A stretch of 63,531 nt of DNA, counting the filler, from Octopus bimaculoides (taxonomy: Eukaryota), in the NCBI RefSeq assembly GCF_001194135.2. It is 6 parts of 5 records of this genome, joined end to end, with 100 filler letters (N's around TTAATTAATTAA, not from the genome) between each part and the next. Parts side by side here need not be neighbours in the genome. Positions count along the whole stretch, not along the records: positions 1 to 13,556 come from NC_068997.1; positions 13,657 to 22,316 come from NC_068983.1; positions 22,417 to 31,079 come from NC_068986.1; 3 more parts are not named here. One strand, written 5' to 3'. The translations under genes and the position numbers were made by a program. Below are positions 11,848 to 22,715 of this stretch, piece after piece (the stretch's first letter is position 1; every line of letters begins with the position of its first letter). A model generated the notes under the pieces. That model saw only the letters and a list, made by a program, of their open reading frames with translations, was not told where the DNA came from and did not search any database.

Positions 11848-13298
11848 TGAGACATTTTGTAATCGTTGTTGCTTAGTCCCAAGTTAGTTCTATCAAAAAA
11901 CACAAAAAACACAAAAACAAACAAAAAAGTAGGTATAAACACATGAACAAATAAATAAATAAAGACAAAATNNNNNNNNNNNNNNNNNNNNNNNNNNNNN
12001 NNNNNNNNNNNNNNNNNNNNNNNNNNNNNNNNNNNNNNNNNNNNNNNNNNNNNNNNNNNNNNNNNNNNNNNNNNNNNNNNNNNNNNNNNNNNNNNNNNNN
12101 NNNNNNNNNNNNNNNNNNNNNNNNNNNNNNNNNNNNNNNNNNNNNNNNNNNNNNNNNNNNNNNNNNNNNNNNNNNNNNNNNNNNNNNNNNNNNNNNNNNN
12201 NNNNNNNNNNNNNNNNNNNNNNNNNNNNNNNNNNNNNNNNNNNNNNNNNNNNNNNNNNNNNNNNNNNNNNNNNNNNNNNNNNNNNNNNNNNNNNNNNNNN
12301 NNNNNNNNNNNNNNNNNNNNNNNNNNNNNNNNNNNNNNNNNNNNNNNNNNNNNNNNNNNNNNNNNNNNNNNNNNNNNNNNNNNNNNNNNNNNNNNNNNNN
12401 NNNNNNNNNNNNNNNNNNNNNNNNNNNNNNNNNNNNNNNNNNNNNNNNNNNNNNNNNNNNNNNNNNNNNNNNNNNNNNNNNNNNNNNNNNNNNNNNNNNN
12501 NNNNNNNNNNNNNNNNNNNNNNNNNNNNNNNNNNNNNNNNNNNNNNNNNNNNNNNNNNNNNNNNNNNNNNNNNNNNNNNNNNNNNNNNNNNNNNNNNNNN
12601 NNNNNNNNNNNNNNNNNNNNNNNNNNNNNNNNNNNNNNNNNNNNNNNNNNNNNNNNNNNNNNNNNNNNNNNNNNNNNNNNNNNNNNNNNNNNNNNNNNNN
12701 NNNNNNNNNNNNNNNNNNNNNNNNNNNNNNNNNNNNNNNNNNNNNNNNNNNNNNNNNNNNNNNNATATATATATATATATACATATATACACATATATAT
12801 CAGTATATAGCAGGTAGATTTATATAACAATAATATTTATAATGCAATTATACACATAAATAATATTTTGATTTATAATAATTAAGTTAATAGTAATTAA
12901 GGTAATTAGAAGTGCTGTCTAAGATTGGCTTAGAAATTCGATAATAATTTTTTAAGAATAACATTATTATATTTAATGCAAATATACGAAATCGGCTATA
13001 GGAGTAACACTGATACACCAACCGTATATATAATGATATTGCAACAGTAGCAAAAATGAATACAAAAATATAATAATAATATAATAATAGGTTATACACA
13101 TACAAACATTCACACACAAACACATACACATACACATACAGACGTACACGGTCTCTCGCACACAAACACACACATATTTATAAATATATATAAGTTGATA
13201 AACACGGAGGGAAATGAAAAGACAAGATAGATAGATACACAGATAGATAGAAAGATAGATAGATAAATAGATAAATAGATAGATTGATAACTAGATAA

Positions 13299-13356
<58 letters not shown>

Positions 13357-13600
13357 GCATCGAAGGATAAATGAGAGGTATATGATAAGTGTTTAGATAT
13401 TGAAAGTACAATAGTGACAGGTGCGTACATACATATATCCATGCACACATAAATATAACTAGATATAAACGGACACAGACACACATATATATAACTAGAC
13501 AGACACAAACATACACACATATAGATATATACATACGTATATATATATATATATATNNNNNNNNNNNNNNNNNNNNNNNNNNNNNNNNNNNNNNNNNNNN

Positions 13601-13612
13601 TTAATTAATTAA
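13601..13612. other. Artificial assembly spacer N44-TTAATTAATTAA-N44 (also 22361-22372, 31124-31135, 41080-41091, 62458-62469)
   Basis: Identical 12-mer with stops in all six frames, centred in 100-nt gaps five times. Confidence 0.95.
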
Positions 13613-13658
13613 NNNNNNNNNNNNNNNNNNNNNNNNNNNNNNNNNNNNNNNNNNNNAG

Positions 13659-14000
13659 ATGCACCATTTTGAGCGTGGCCGTTGCCAGTACCGCCTGACT
13701 GGCTCCTGTAGGATTTTCGAGCGAGATCGTTGCCAGTGCCCCTGGACTGGCTTGTGCGGGTGGCACATAAAAGACACCATTTCGAGCGTGGCCGTTTTCG
13801 TGCGGGTGACACGTAAAAGCACCCACTACACTCTCTGAGTGGTTGGCGTTAGGAAGGGCATCCAGCTGTAGAAACTCTGCCAAATCAGACTGGAGCCTGG
13901 TGTTGCCATCCGGTTTCACCAGTCCTCAGTCAAATCGTCCAACCCATGCTAGCATGGAAAGCGGACGTTAAACGATGATGATGATGATGATGATGATGGA
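13659..14000 (+). mobile_element. SINE family D, 3' part with internal sub-repeats and (GAT)n tail
   Basis: GCACCCACTACACTCTCTGAGTGGTTGGCGTTAGGAAGGGCATCCAGCTGTAGAAACTCTGCC...GCATGGAAAGCGGACGTTAAACGATGATG; homologous copies at 16039-16125 and 17020-17240. Confidence 0.9.
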
Positions 14001-14686
14001 TGAGAATACATACATAACACAAAACATAAAACTCTGCACATATACATACATACACACATACATACTCTGTTGTCGATGCTGAAACCAGCTCTTTTTGTAT
14101 TGACAAGAAATCCTGAAATAAAATTGGATGACATATGTAAACGTGCACACATACATACATACACACCCACATACATACGTACATGCACACATACACCTGA
14201 ATACATGCATACACGCACACACATGATGATACATACATACATACACATACATGCATACATACATATACACACGCACACATAAGTTGGTAGGGAGACTGTA
14301 CCCAACTAACCGCTAAGTTGACAAATAGCTGTCACTTCAATATGGCTGGTTAATTTTGGCGCCTCTTCTTTTATTTAATGAGAATAAAACAATTTAATAA
14401 TTTATCCTCAAATGCATGAAACTATCCATATATTGCAATACAAAGTTTATCCTGTTCATGCTATTGTATTAGCATTCTCTTGCGTTTGAGAATAAATTAT
14501 TTCTGTATCTTTCAATATATCTCAACGCTTCTAAAGCAAACTTTGTTTACTTTCATTGTAAAGTTAAATTTAATAATTGTTCTTTCTTCCTCATGATGTC
14601 AGATATGTTTAAAAAGTTGGAAAACATTTTCACTTTATCAAACATTGTAATTTCTCTGCCCTCTTTTCAATTCTCATAGCCTTCCA

Positions 14687-15178
14687 GCAAAATTTTTTCC
14701 CCCACGAGAGTTCTGGACCCTAGTCATGAACTCATTTGCATACAGCCAACCAGAGCTCAACTATCAAACTAATTTATGAGCGCATAACAAGTGATGGACG
14801 ATAAGATAAGGTCACTTGGTTAATAATGCTTGTTCTTGTTCTAACCATGGCTGCCTCTGTGTAGTTATTTGTTGTTTTACTTTGAAAAACTATAAGGGGA
14901 AAGGGTTGCTAGCACATCATCCTCTACCCACATTTTTAGCACATGGGGCCTTAACAAAATCCGATAATAGGTATAGATGCTTATTTATCTAATTACTTAT
15001 CTCTTTCTAAAATCAGGCATAACTTGGCGATCTATCGACTTACAACACCATTCTTCATCTTGAGTTTACTTGGTAGAGTGTCTTTGTTAACTTGACAAGA
15101 TCAAAGTGAGCTCTGATTGGCTGTATGCAAATAAGCTCATTACTGGGATCCGGAACTCTCGTGGGAAAAAAATGTTGC
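14687..15178. mobile_element. Non-autonomous DNA transposon (Mutator-like MITE): ~73-bp TIRs, 9-bp TSD
   Basis: TIRs at 14687-14759 and 15107-15178 (~85% identical by manual alignment); perfect TSD AGCCTTCCA at 14678-14686 and 15179-15187. Confidence 0.88.
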
Positions 15179-15488
15179 AGCCTTCCACACCCCAAGGCAT
15201 CCTGGCTTCCCTTGAGAGAAATACTAGACTAAGCCACTGAAATTTGAATTAATTTAAGGATTGTAGACGAGTCTAAATTAACCTCGGGAAGTTATGAGAA
15301 ATTTTCACGTGACAAACTGTTTATTGTCGGGTGAGAAATCACAGTGTTTTGTTGTTAATTTTTTCTATTGTTACATATAATTGACGTAAGTAGTGGAGGT
15401 TCATTGGTCTTTGTTTGGGATTAGATCAGAAACAGTAAATATGTTGACCTACTATTTGCTGTGCCACACAACATTGCCTGGGGAGGGC

Positions 15489-15542
<54 letters not shown>

Positions 15543-15627
15543 CAGACATTTATTTACACATATATGCTTACATATTTATAATATATACATGCAAATAACT
15601 AAATATATACATATATGGATATATATA

Positions 15628-15663
<36 letters not shown>

Positions 15664-15833
15664 GATAGATAGATATATGTACATATACAATTATCCTTTG
15701 AGATCTCAGATAATTATTCTGAATCTCCCTGATTCTTTTAATGTGCTGGTTACCTGGTATTAAATTGATATTAATTAATATCCAATTGTTTACCCTATTG
15801 TTTAATTTATATAGATAGATAGATAGACAAACA

Positions 15834-16038
15834 CTTTCTTTTATTTGTTTCAGTCATTTGACTGTGGCCATGCTGGAGCACCACCTTTAGTCGAGTAAAT
15901 CGACCCCAGGACTTATTCTTTATAAGCCTAGTACTTATTCTATCGGCCTTTTTTGCTGAATCGCTAGATTACGGGGACGTAAACACACCAACATTGGTTA
16001 AGCAATGGTGGGAGGACAAACACAGACACAAAAACACA
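15834..16038 (-). mobile_element. SINE family B, 3' half
   Basis: TTTCAGTCATTTGACTGTGGCCATGCTGGAGCACC...GACCCCAGGACTTATTC...GGGGACGTAAACACACC. Confidence 0.93.
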
Positions 16039-16125
16039 GAGCCTGGTGCAGTCATCCAGTTCACCAGTCCTCAGTCAAATCGTCCAACCCATCCTAGCAT
16101 GGAAAGCGGATGTTAAACGATGATG
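16039..16125 (+). mobile_element. SINE family D, 3' end fragment
   Basis: Near-identical to 13893-13980. Confidence 0.9.
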
Positions 16126-16139
16126 TTACATATTTATTT

Positions 16140-16367
16140 ATATACAAGAATAAGGGCAGGGAACCGTCAATTAATAATAGAATTAATAATTAACAATTTT
16201 GCCAAGTAGTTCAGTATGAAAAACCTTTATCGGTAAAACCATTTATCATCATAAATATACAGGGATTAGCATTGAGTTGCTTCTCCAACATACTGAAAAT
16301 TTAGAAATAGCAGTCAAAGAACTACTGATTCTAAACTACAAATTTTTCTCTAAACGGATGGCGATAT
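16140..16367. repeat. Unclassified ~228-bp dispersed repeat; inverted near-identical copy at 42331-42562
   Basis: Manual reverse-complement alignment shows few substitutions. Confidence 0.9.
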
Positions 16368-16719
16368 TTATGGCACACATAGAACATGGCCAAAAATTAC
16401 CGTGAATTCTTTTAGAGACACTTTCAAATTTATCAGNNNNNNNNNNNNNNNNNNNNNNNNNNNNNNNNNNNNNNNNNNNNNNNNNNNNNNNNNNNNNNNN
16501 NNNNNNNNNNNNNNNNNNNNNNNNNNNNNNNNNNNNNNNNNNNNNNNNNNNNNNNNNNNNNNNNNNNNNNNNNNNNNNNNNNNNNNNNNNNNNNNNNNNN
16601 NNNNNNNNNNNNNNNNNNNNNNNNNNNNNNNNNNNNNNNNNNNNNNNNNNNNNNNNNNNNNNNNNNNNNNNNNNNNNNNNNNNNNNNNNNNNNNNNNNNN
16701 NNNNNNNNNNNNNNNNNNN

Positions 16720-16754
<35 letters not shown>

Positions 16755-17019
16755 CCTACACACATTATTTATATATATATATATATATATACAAATAATC
16801 AGAAAATGGAGAAAACTTAAGAGTAACAAACACATTGATTGGACCAAGGTTTTCTCAATTTTTTGATTCTTTGTATTTGTTTCCTGATAAACTCCTGTTT
16901 ATCCTGTTATCTGCACTCTACGTGCATAGCATGACTGCACACCTACGCCTGGGGATAGCACAAGTAACGGATACGGATATTTTATCCCTTAGTCCATTAT
17001 AACCGCTAACTCTGTTTAC

Positions 17020-17238
17020 ATCACCATCGTCATTTAACGTCTGCTTTCCATGCTAGCATGAGTTGGATGATTTGACTGAGGAGTGGCGAATCAGAAGGCT
17101 GCACCAGGCTCCAATCTGATCTGGCAGAGTTTCTACAGCTGGATGCCCTTCCTAATGCCAACCACTCCAAGAGTGTAATGGGTACTTTTACGTGCCACCA
17201 GCACAAGGCCAGTCAGGCAGTACTGGAGTATGGTCACT

Positions 17239-17240
<2 letters not shown>
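17020..17240 (-). mobile_element. SINE family D, 3' part
   Basis: CATTTAACGTCTGCTTTCCATGCTAGCATG...CTACAGCTGGATGCCCTTCCTAATGCCAACCACTC. Confidence 0.9.
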
Positions 17241-17269
<29 letters not shown>

Positions 17270-17314
17270 GCAATAATAAATCTCTGAGCGAGATATAAAC
17301 AGTAGCAGCATAAC

Positions 17315-17671
17315 ATCGTGAAGTATATTTTCCACCTAAATGTGGCTGATCCATAAGGGACAATGCTACTGTAGTTTATAGCCCCAGGTAGACATCTCCA
17401 GCTGGCTAATGACACACTGTCTGTGCCCTATCAGTATTTGCAAAGGGAAATCATTGTTCCCATCTCTAGCCTGATATGATACACATGGAACCAGGTTTCT
17501 GGGTAGTGACCCGTCATCAGTTAGAGATGAGAAGTGATATTGCAAATACTAATTGTACACAGACAGTATGTCAATAGCCAGCTGGAGGAGATGTCTTCCT
17601 GGGGCTATAAGCTACAGTAACATCGTCCCATATGGATCAGCCATATTTAGGTGCCAAATATACTTCAAGAT
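17315..17671. mobile_element. Foldback (palindromic) element, ~160-bp arms and ~40-bp loop
   Basis: Arms 17315-17475 and 17516-17671. The ORF track shows the same peptide on opposite strands (MSLASWRCLPGAINYSSIVPYGSA vs MSIASWRRCLPGAISYSNIVPYGSA). Confidence 0.88.
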
Positions 17672-17687
17672 ATATATATATATATAT

Positions 17688-18292
17688 GCGATGGGCTTCT
17701 TTCAGTTTCCGTCTACCAAATCCACTCACGAAGCTTTGGTTGGCCCCAGGCTATACTAGAAGACACTTATCTAAGGTGCCATGCATTGAAACTGAACCCA
17801 GAACCATGTGGTTGGTAAGCAAGCTACTTTATTTCATAAATATTTGCCATAAAGGCATTACAAAGAGGAGACGAACAAGGACAAACAAACATAAAAGGGG
17901 TGAAGTAGCTGTATCGATTAAATATTTACAATTTTAAATACACAATAAAAATTTGATTATATTTACAATGTTCAATTAAAGCATTGCTCATTACAGATGC
18001 AATTTGTAATGGCTTTACTGAAGGATAGGCATCCGACCACCAGAATAGACCCCTTGCTTTTTCTTTCCCTTGTTTTTGGCTCCCACTTACCTGGTGCCAA
18101 ACACTCCCAGCTTCCTCGCCACAGGCTTCCATATTCTCATGAATCTGTCTCGTGACAGATACCTCTTCTCCAGCCTGATCTCACTACTGAGGTGGTAACA
18201 AAAAAAAGTTAACTAACCCCTGGCCAGATACAAAGGTATCCGTCACTATGCCTCTTACGCGCGTCTTACCACACAGCCACTCCTGTGCCTAT
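17688..18292 (-). mobile_element. SINE family B head split by a ~437-bp insertion
   Basis: 17688-17829 ends GCAAGCTACTT; the missing ACCACACAGCCACTCCTGTGCC resumes at 18268. Confidence 0.9.
17830..18265 (-). mobile_element. 5'-truncated LINE 3' end (probable Tx1/L1-like ORF2 C-terminus plus 3'UTR) inside SINE B
   Basis: Minus-strand translation DTFVSGQGLVNF(fs)CYHLSSEIRLEKRYLSRDRFMRIWKPVARKLGVFGTR*, then ~250 nt of UTR whose end resembles the family-C tail at 61231-61295. Clade assignment is from recalled similarity only. Confidence 0.55.
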
Positions 18293-18544
18293 ATGCATTC
18301 CTGCGGTGTTAATCTAGTGCCGATATGATGTCATTCACCCTCTTCTTTACAGCTTAGGCTCTATTTTTGTCGTGAGGTAAGGTCATGTTGAATGACGTCA
18401 TGTATCAAACAAATGCAAAATACATATATTTGAATGTAGGACAAAAGTTCATCGGACAAAAGCCCCATAGTTAAAGTGTGAAAGTGGACAAAAGATCCAC
18501 AGTCATATTTTCTGATTATCTCGGTTTTTTTTTTTTCACCTTTT

Positions 18545-18800
18545 ACTTGTTTCAGTCATTAGACTGAGGCCATGCTGGGGCACCAACTTGAAGAATTTTT
18601 AGTTGAATGTAACGACCCTAGAATTTTTAATAAATGATTTTCAATCAGCGCTTGAAGTTAAACCTAGAAGGTATCTCCACATGCTAGAAATAACAATCAA
18701 ATCTCTTGAAATTTTTTATAAGCCCCTCGGTTTTTTTTTTTCTAAAAATCTCTTGTTTCAGTCATTGGACTGTGAACATGCTGGGGCACCACCTTGAAGA
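18545..18800 (-). mobile_element. Two family-B-like SINE 3' tail fragments (18545-18605, 18750-18805)
   Basis: CTTGTTTCAGTCATT(A/G)GACTG...CATGCTGGGGCACC...TTGAAGAATTTT occurs twice. Confidence 0.8.
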
Positions 18801-18929
18801 ATTTTTGGTTGCAGAAAAATCAGTATTTTAAAATATATATTTGAAGTCTTTTGTTTTCTTCTCTCACCACTTACAGATTAATGAGTATAAATTGACCTTT
18901 TGAACTTTCTCCAGCCATATATATATATA

Positions 18930-19014
18930 GGCGCAGGAGTGGCTGTGTGGTAAGTAGCTTGCTCCCCAACTACATGCGCGGCACCTTGGGCAAGTGTCTT
19001 CTACTATAGCTTCA
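18930..19014 (+). mobile_element. SINE family B head with internal deletion
   Basis: GGCGCAGGAGTGGCTGTGTGGTAAGTAGCTTGC...GCACCTTGGGCAAGTGTCTTCTACTATAGC; the box B segment is missing. Confidence 0.9.
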
Positions 19015-19103
19015 GCCTTTTACTCTGAGAGAGAGACCCTTTGTCACCAGCAGAGGTAAGAGCTGTCTGAACTTTGCCCAGGCTATTCTTATTCTAGCAG
19101 CTA
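19015..19103 (-). mobile_element. RTE-clade LINE ORF fragment
   Basis: Translates VAARIRIAWAKFRQLLPLLVTKGLSLRVKG, typical of the post-RT region of RTE elements. Confidence 0.8.
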
Positions 19104-19128
19104 CACACACACACACACACATACATAT

Positions 19129-19198
<70 letters not shown>

Positions 19199-19232
19199 AT
19201 GTATGTATGTATATGTATGTATATGTATGTAT

Positions 19233-19300
19233 ATTTTAGTTTCTGTCTACCAAGTGCCACACAGTGGGATTGAACTCGGAACCATGTGGTTGGGAAGCAA
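19233..19300 (-). mobile_element. SINE family B head fragment, internally deleted
   Basis: TTTCTGTCTACCAAGTGCCACACAGTGGGATTGAACTCGGAACCATGTGGTTGGGAAGC. Confidence 0.8.
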
Positions 19301-19823
19301 AGGGACTTTCAAATTGACAAATGATGTCGGCATAAATTTGACCAATCAATTTATAAGAGAAGAAATCTTGAATTTCTGAATGATGAAGTCACTATACATC
19401 TGCCCAGTCAGATTTGTTCTGGAGTTTAATAAGAGAGACCAGATCTGAAGAGAGAAGACTGAGAGAGAGTTTGACTAGCAGACTGTATGTCAGGGACTTA
19501 ATGACTGGAGCAATGCTGCTTGACGGCTGGCATATTCTTGATCTTGACGTCTTCACAGTTATAACTCTTAAAAGGCTGTGTTGTAAAAATAACTGTCCAT
19601 TGTAACACCAACACCTAATTTTCTAGCTTCTTTTTCAGCAAATTTTCCTCTTATGAACAGAACTTTTCAATGGTTTTCTTTCTTTGGAACGGTTGTGTTC
19701 CTTTAAAGTATTTATAGATTAGTTACATGAGTGGAGTCTATGAAACTGTGAGTGATGGCCGTGAAAGTAATTAGATGCTAACCTTGCAAAACCTACACGT
19801 ATACAAGCATACATACATATTTC

Positions 19824-19979
19824 GGCGCAGGAGTGGCTGTGTGGTAAGTAGCTTGCTTACCAACCACATAGTCCCGGGTTCAGTCCCACTGCGTAGCATC
19901 TTGGGCAAATGTCTTCTTCTATAGCCTCGAGCCGACCAAAGCCTTGTGAGTAGATTTGGTAGACGGAAGAAGCCCGTCG

Positions 19980-20024
<45 letters not shown>

Positions 20025-20250
20025 ATGCATGTGTGTGTATATATGCTTGTGTGTCTGTGTTCCCCCCACCCAACATCGCTTGACAACCGATGCTGGTGTG
20101 TTTACGTCCCCGTAACTTAGCGGTTCGGCAAAAAAGACAGATAGAATAAATACTAGACCTACGAAGAATAAGCTCTGGGGTCGATTTGCTCAACTATAAA
20201 GGCGGTGCTCCAGCATAGCCGCAGTCAATTGACTGAAACAAGTAAAAGAG
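19824..20250 (+). mobile_element. Full-length SINE family B (tRNA head, internal (TA)n(TG)n microsatellite, 3' domain)
   Basis: Box A-like TGGCTGTGTGG, box B-like GGTTCAGTCCC, internal microsatellite at ~19980-20045, 3' end GACTGAAACAAGTAAAAGAG. Used as reference for the other B copies. Confidence 0.95.
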
Positions 20251-20265
20251 TATTATATTCTACAA

Positions 20266-20518
20266 CAGTAGTTCCACACTTTTTTAGGCAGCCGCCGCCT
20301 TGGTACTCAGACCCCATTCCTAGCGCCCATTCACCTTCTCCACCACAAATATAGACTACTTTCTACAGCAAATTCAAAACAGCTGTATTTCCCAAATAAA
20401 ACTTGCACCTAATTAGTCTCTTAATATATACATTTTTAAAACTTTTTACATTTATCACCCCCATTTTACCCAACCCATTATCATCCCACTTTTCTTCAAG
20501 GCCCGCTGGGAACCACTG
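20266..20518. mobile_element. hAT/Charlie-like MITE
   Basis: Termini CAGTAGTTCCACACTTTT and CTGGGAACCACTG; flanking 8-mer TTCTACAA at 20258-20265 and 20520-20527 (one extra T), close to the Charlie NTCTAGAN target consensus. Confidence 0.8.
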
Positions 20519-20689
20519 TTTCTACAAGATATCGGATAAATAAAATATGACCCGGAAAAGAACATAGCTGGGCCTTGTTCATGACTTGTCAATCGGTGCC
20601 GACGATGGAGAAATTAGTGAAAATAAGTATCATAATGAGTCACTAATCGTGTCTCTTTTCTGTTTTACGATACCTTTTTTGTTGTATAT

Positions 20690-20912
20690 CAAGAAGTTCA
20701 TTCCCAATCGACACACCCTGTTTTTCGTGAACATGTTTTCTTTCCTAGCCACTAAACCTTTTTCTATTTTTACCATTTTCTCTCCTCTCCCTGTTTATTT
20801 CTGTGGAAGAGCGTAGGCTCGAAACGTAAAAGACTTTCTCACTTCCCAAGCGTTAAACTAATACATCTGTTTGTTGTTTACACACCCGCCTTCGTCTTTT
20901 GTTTTTCGTAAA
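20690..20912 (+). mobile_element. Penelope-like pLTR remnant with decayed minimal hammerhead motif (20798-20831)
   Basis: TTT-CTG(T)GGA-A-GAGC-GTAG-GCTC-GAAACGTA-AAA. Confidence 0.55.
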
Positions 20913-20922
20913 TTCTCACTAT

Positions 20923-21052
20923 ATCCACACATATATGTACATACCTACATCTATATGTATACATACATGCATATATGGGTACAGGACATCACTAAAAAAC
21001 GTTAAACACAATGAGAAAAGAAAACATAAGGAAGAAAACAGAAAACGAACTT
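20923..21052. repeat. Dispersed repeat; longer copy at 55001-55260 (possibly Penelope pLTR, minus strand)
   Basis: ACATACCTACATCTATATGTATACATACATGCATATATGGGTACAGGACATC is identical at both loci. The longer copy carries CAACTGACGAAGG on the minus strand, as at 28112. Confidence 0.85.
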
Positions 21053-22250
21053 TATATATATATATATATATATTTAAAATTATAATACAGGGTATCAAGA
21101 GATACCACCACGCTGAAAAAATAGCAGTCAACTCCTGACTCTAAAACCACAATAAATGTCCGCATGGCATGATTAGCGAAGACGAAGACCAAATGAACCA
21201 GTAAAAATAAGATAATTCCAAATCCTGGATTTCTGGCTTTGCATAAATAATAATGTTCTGCCTTCATCAGTGGAATATACTCCAGTACATAAATACAAAT
21301 ACATGTATATAAACAGTATACTTANNNNNNNNNNNNNNNNNNNNNNNNNNNNNNNNNNNNNNNNNNNNNNNNNNNNNNNNNNNNNNNNNNNNNNNNNNNN
21401 NNNNNNNNNNNNNNNNNNNNNNNNNNNNNNNNNNNNNNNNNNNNNNNNNNNNNNNNNNNNNNNNNNNNNNNNNNNNNNNNNNNNNNNNNNNNNNNNNNNN
21501 NNNNNNNNNNNNNNNNNNNNNNNNNNNNNNNNNNNNNNNNNNNNNNNNNNNNNNNNNNNNNNNNNNNNATATATATATATATAAAATCATAACTGCAATG
21601 AAACAAATTCAAGTTAAACTTCATTTGCTTTTGAACAGCCTCACGAAAGATTTAATTTGAAGTACTGACCTATTATAGGTGACATTAAAGGAGACAGTAT
21701 AAGCAAATAGTGAGACGTTGATTTACAGGCTGCCTTTTTAATTGTTGAAGCTTGTTGCAGGCATATTGGCGGGAGAACGGACATGCTTTATTATGAAGGG
21801 TTAAATGGGATAGGGGCTAGTCAGCAAGCTGTCAGGAAGAGGTACCGTATAGCCATTGTTAGGTCACACAAGTGACTTGATTTATCGCAATAGGGAGAAG
21901 GAAGGGAGAAGAGAAGACGATGGAGAAAGTGTGAAATATCCTGCAGGTTGTGTGAACTCTTGCTACAAAATCACCAAAAAAAAAAGGATGTAGGTAGTTT
22001 TATTATAAAAAAAAATATGAGGCGAAGAAAGTTGAAAATGGGTGATTTTTAAGAGACACAAACGAATAATGGAACACTAGCTCTATCGCTACAAGTGAGA
22101 TGTCCGGTGGTTACAAGTAGTTTAAACAATGGCGGTTCTTTTCTTTTATCGTACTCATTCACACACCGACCCAGCCTTGCCTTTTGACACCATTAACATA
22201 ATGTGTGTATATATTACAAGTGTGTGTGTATATATATATATGTTTTATGT

Positions 22251-22295
22251 TTTACTTGTTTCAGTCATTAGACTGTGGCCATGCTGGGGCACCGC
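22251..22295 (-). mobile_element. SINE family B 3' tail fragment
   Basis: TTTACTTGTTTCAGTCATTAGACTGTGGCCATGCTGGGGCACCGC. Confidence 0.8.
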
Positions 22296-22416
22296 TTTAT
22301 ATATATATATATATATNNNNNNNNNNNNNNNNNNNNNNNNNNNNNNNNNNNNNNNNNNNNTTAATTAATTAANNNNNNNNNNNNNNNNNNNNNNNNNNNN
22401 NNNNNNNNNNNNNNNN

Positions 22417-22455
<39 letters not shown>

Positions 22456-22682
22456 CACACATATATATATATATGTATGTATGTATATATACACCGGCAT
22501 GAACCGATATACAAGCATGCACATATATACAAATTGACAAGCACACACATTAACAAAGAAATATAAACAAGATTTCACGCGCATATATATTTGCAAAAGC
22601 GTCCGTAGTATAATAGATTATACACATTCTCAATAATATGCATGCGTGTGAACGTGTCTATATATCTTAATTCGTGCACGTT

Positions 22683-22715
<33 letters not shown>

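Noticed and set aside
13601-13612. TTAATTAATTAA recurring five times as a possible regulatory or PacI-like motif
   Set aside because: Always centred in a 100-nt N gap; an artificial six-frame-stop spacer.
19414-19605. 63-aa ORF with faint RTE-like words (SRLY...AML)
   Set aside because: Similarity too weak to support.
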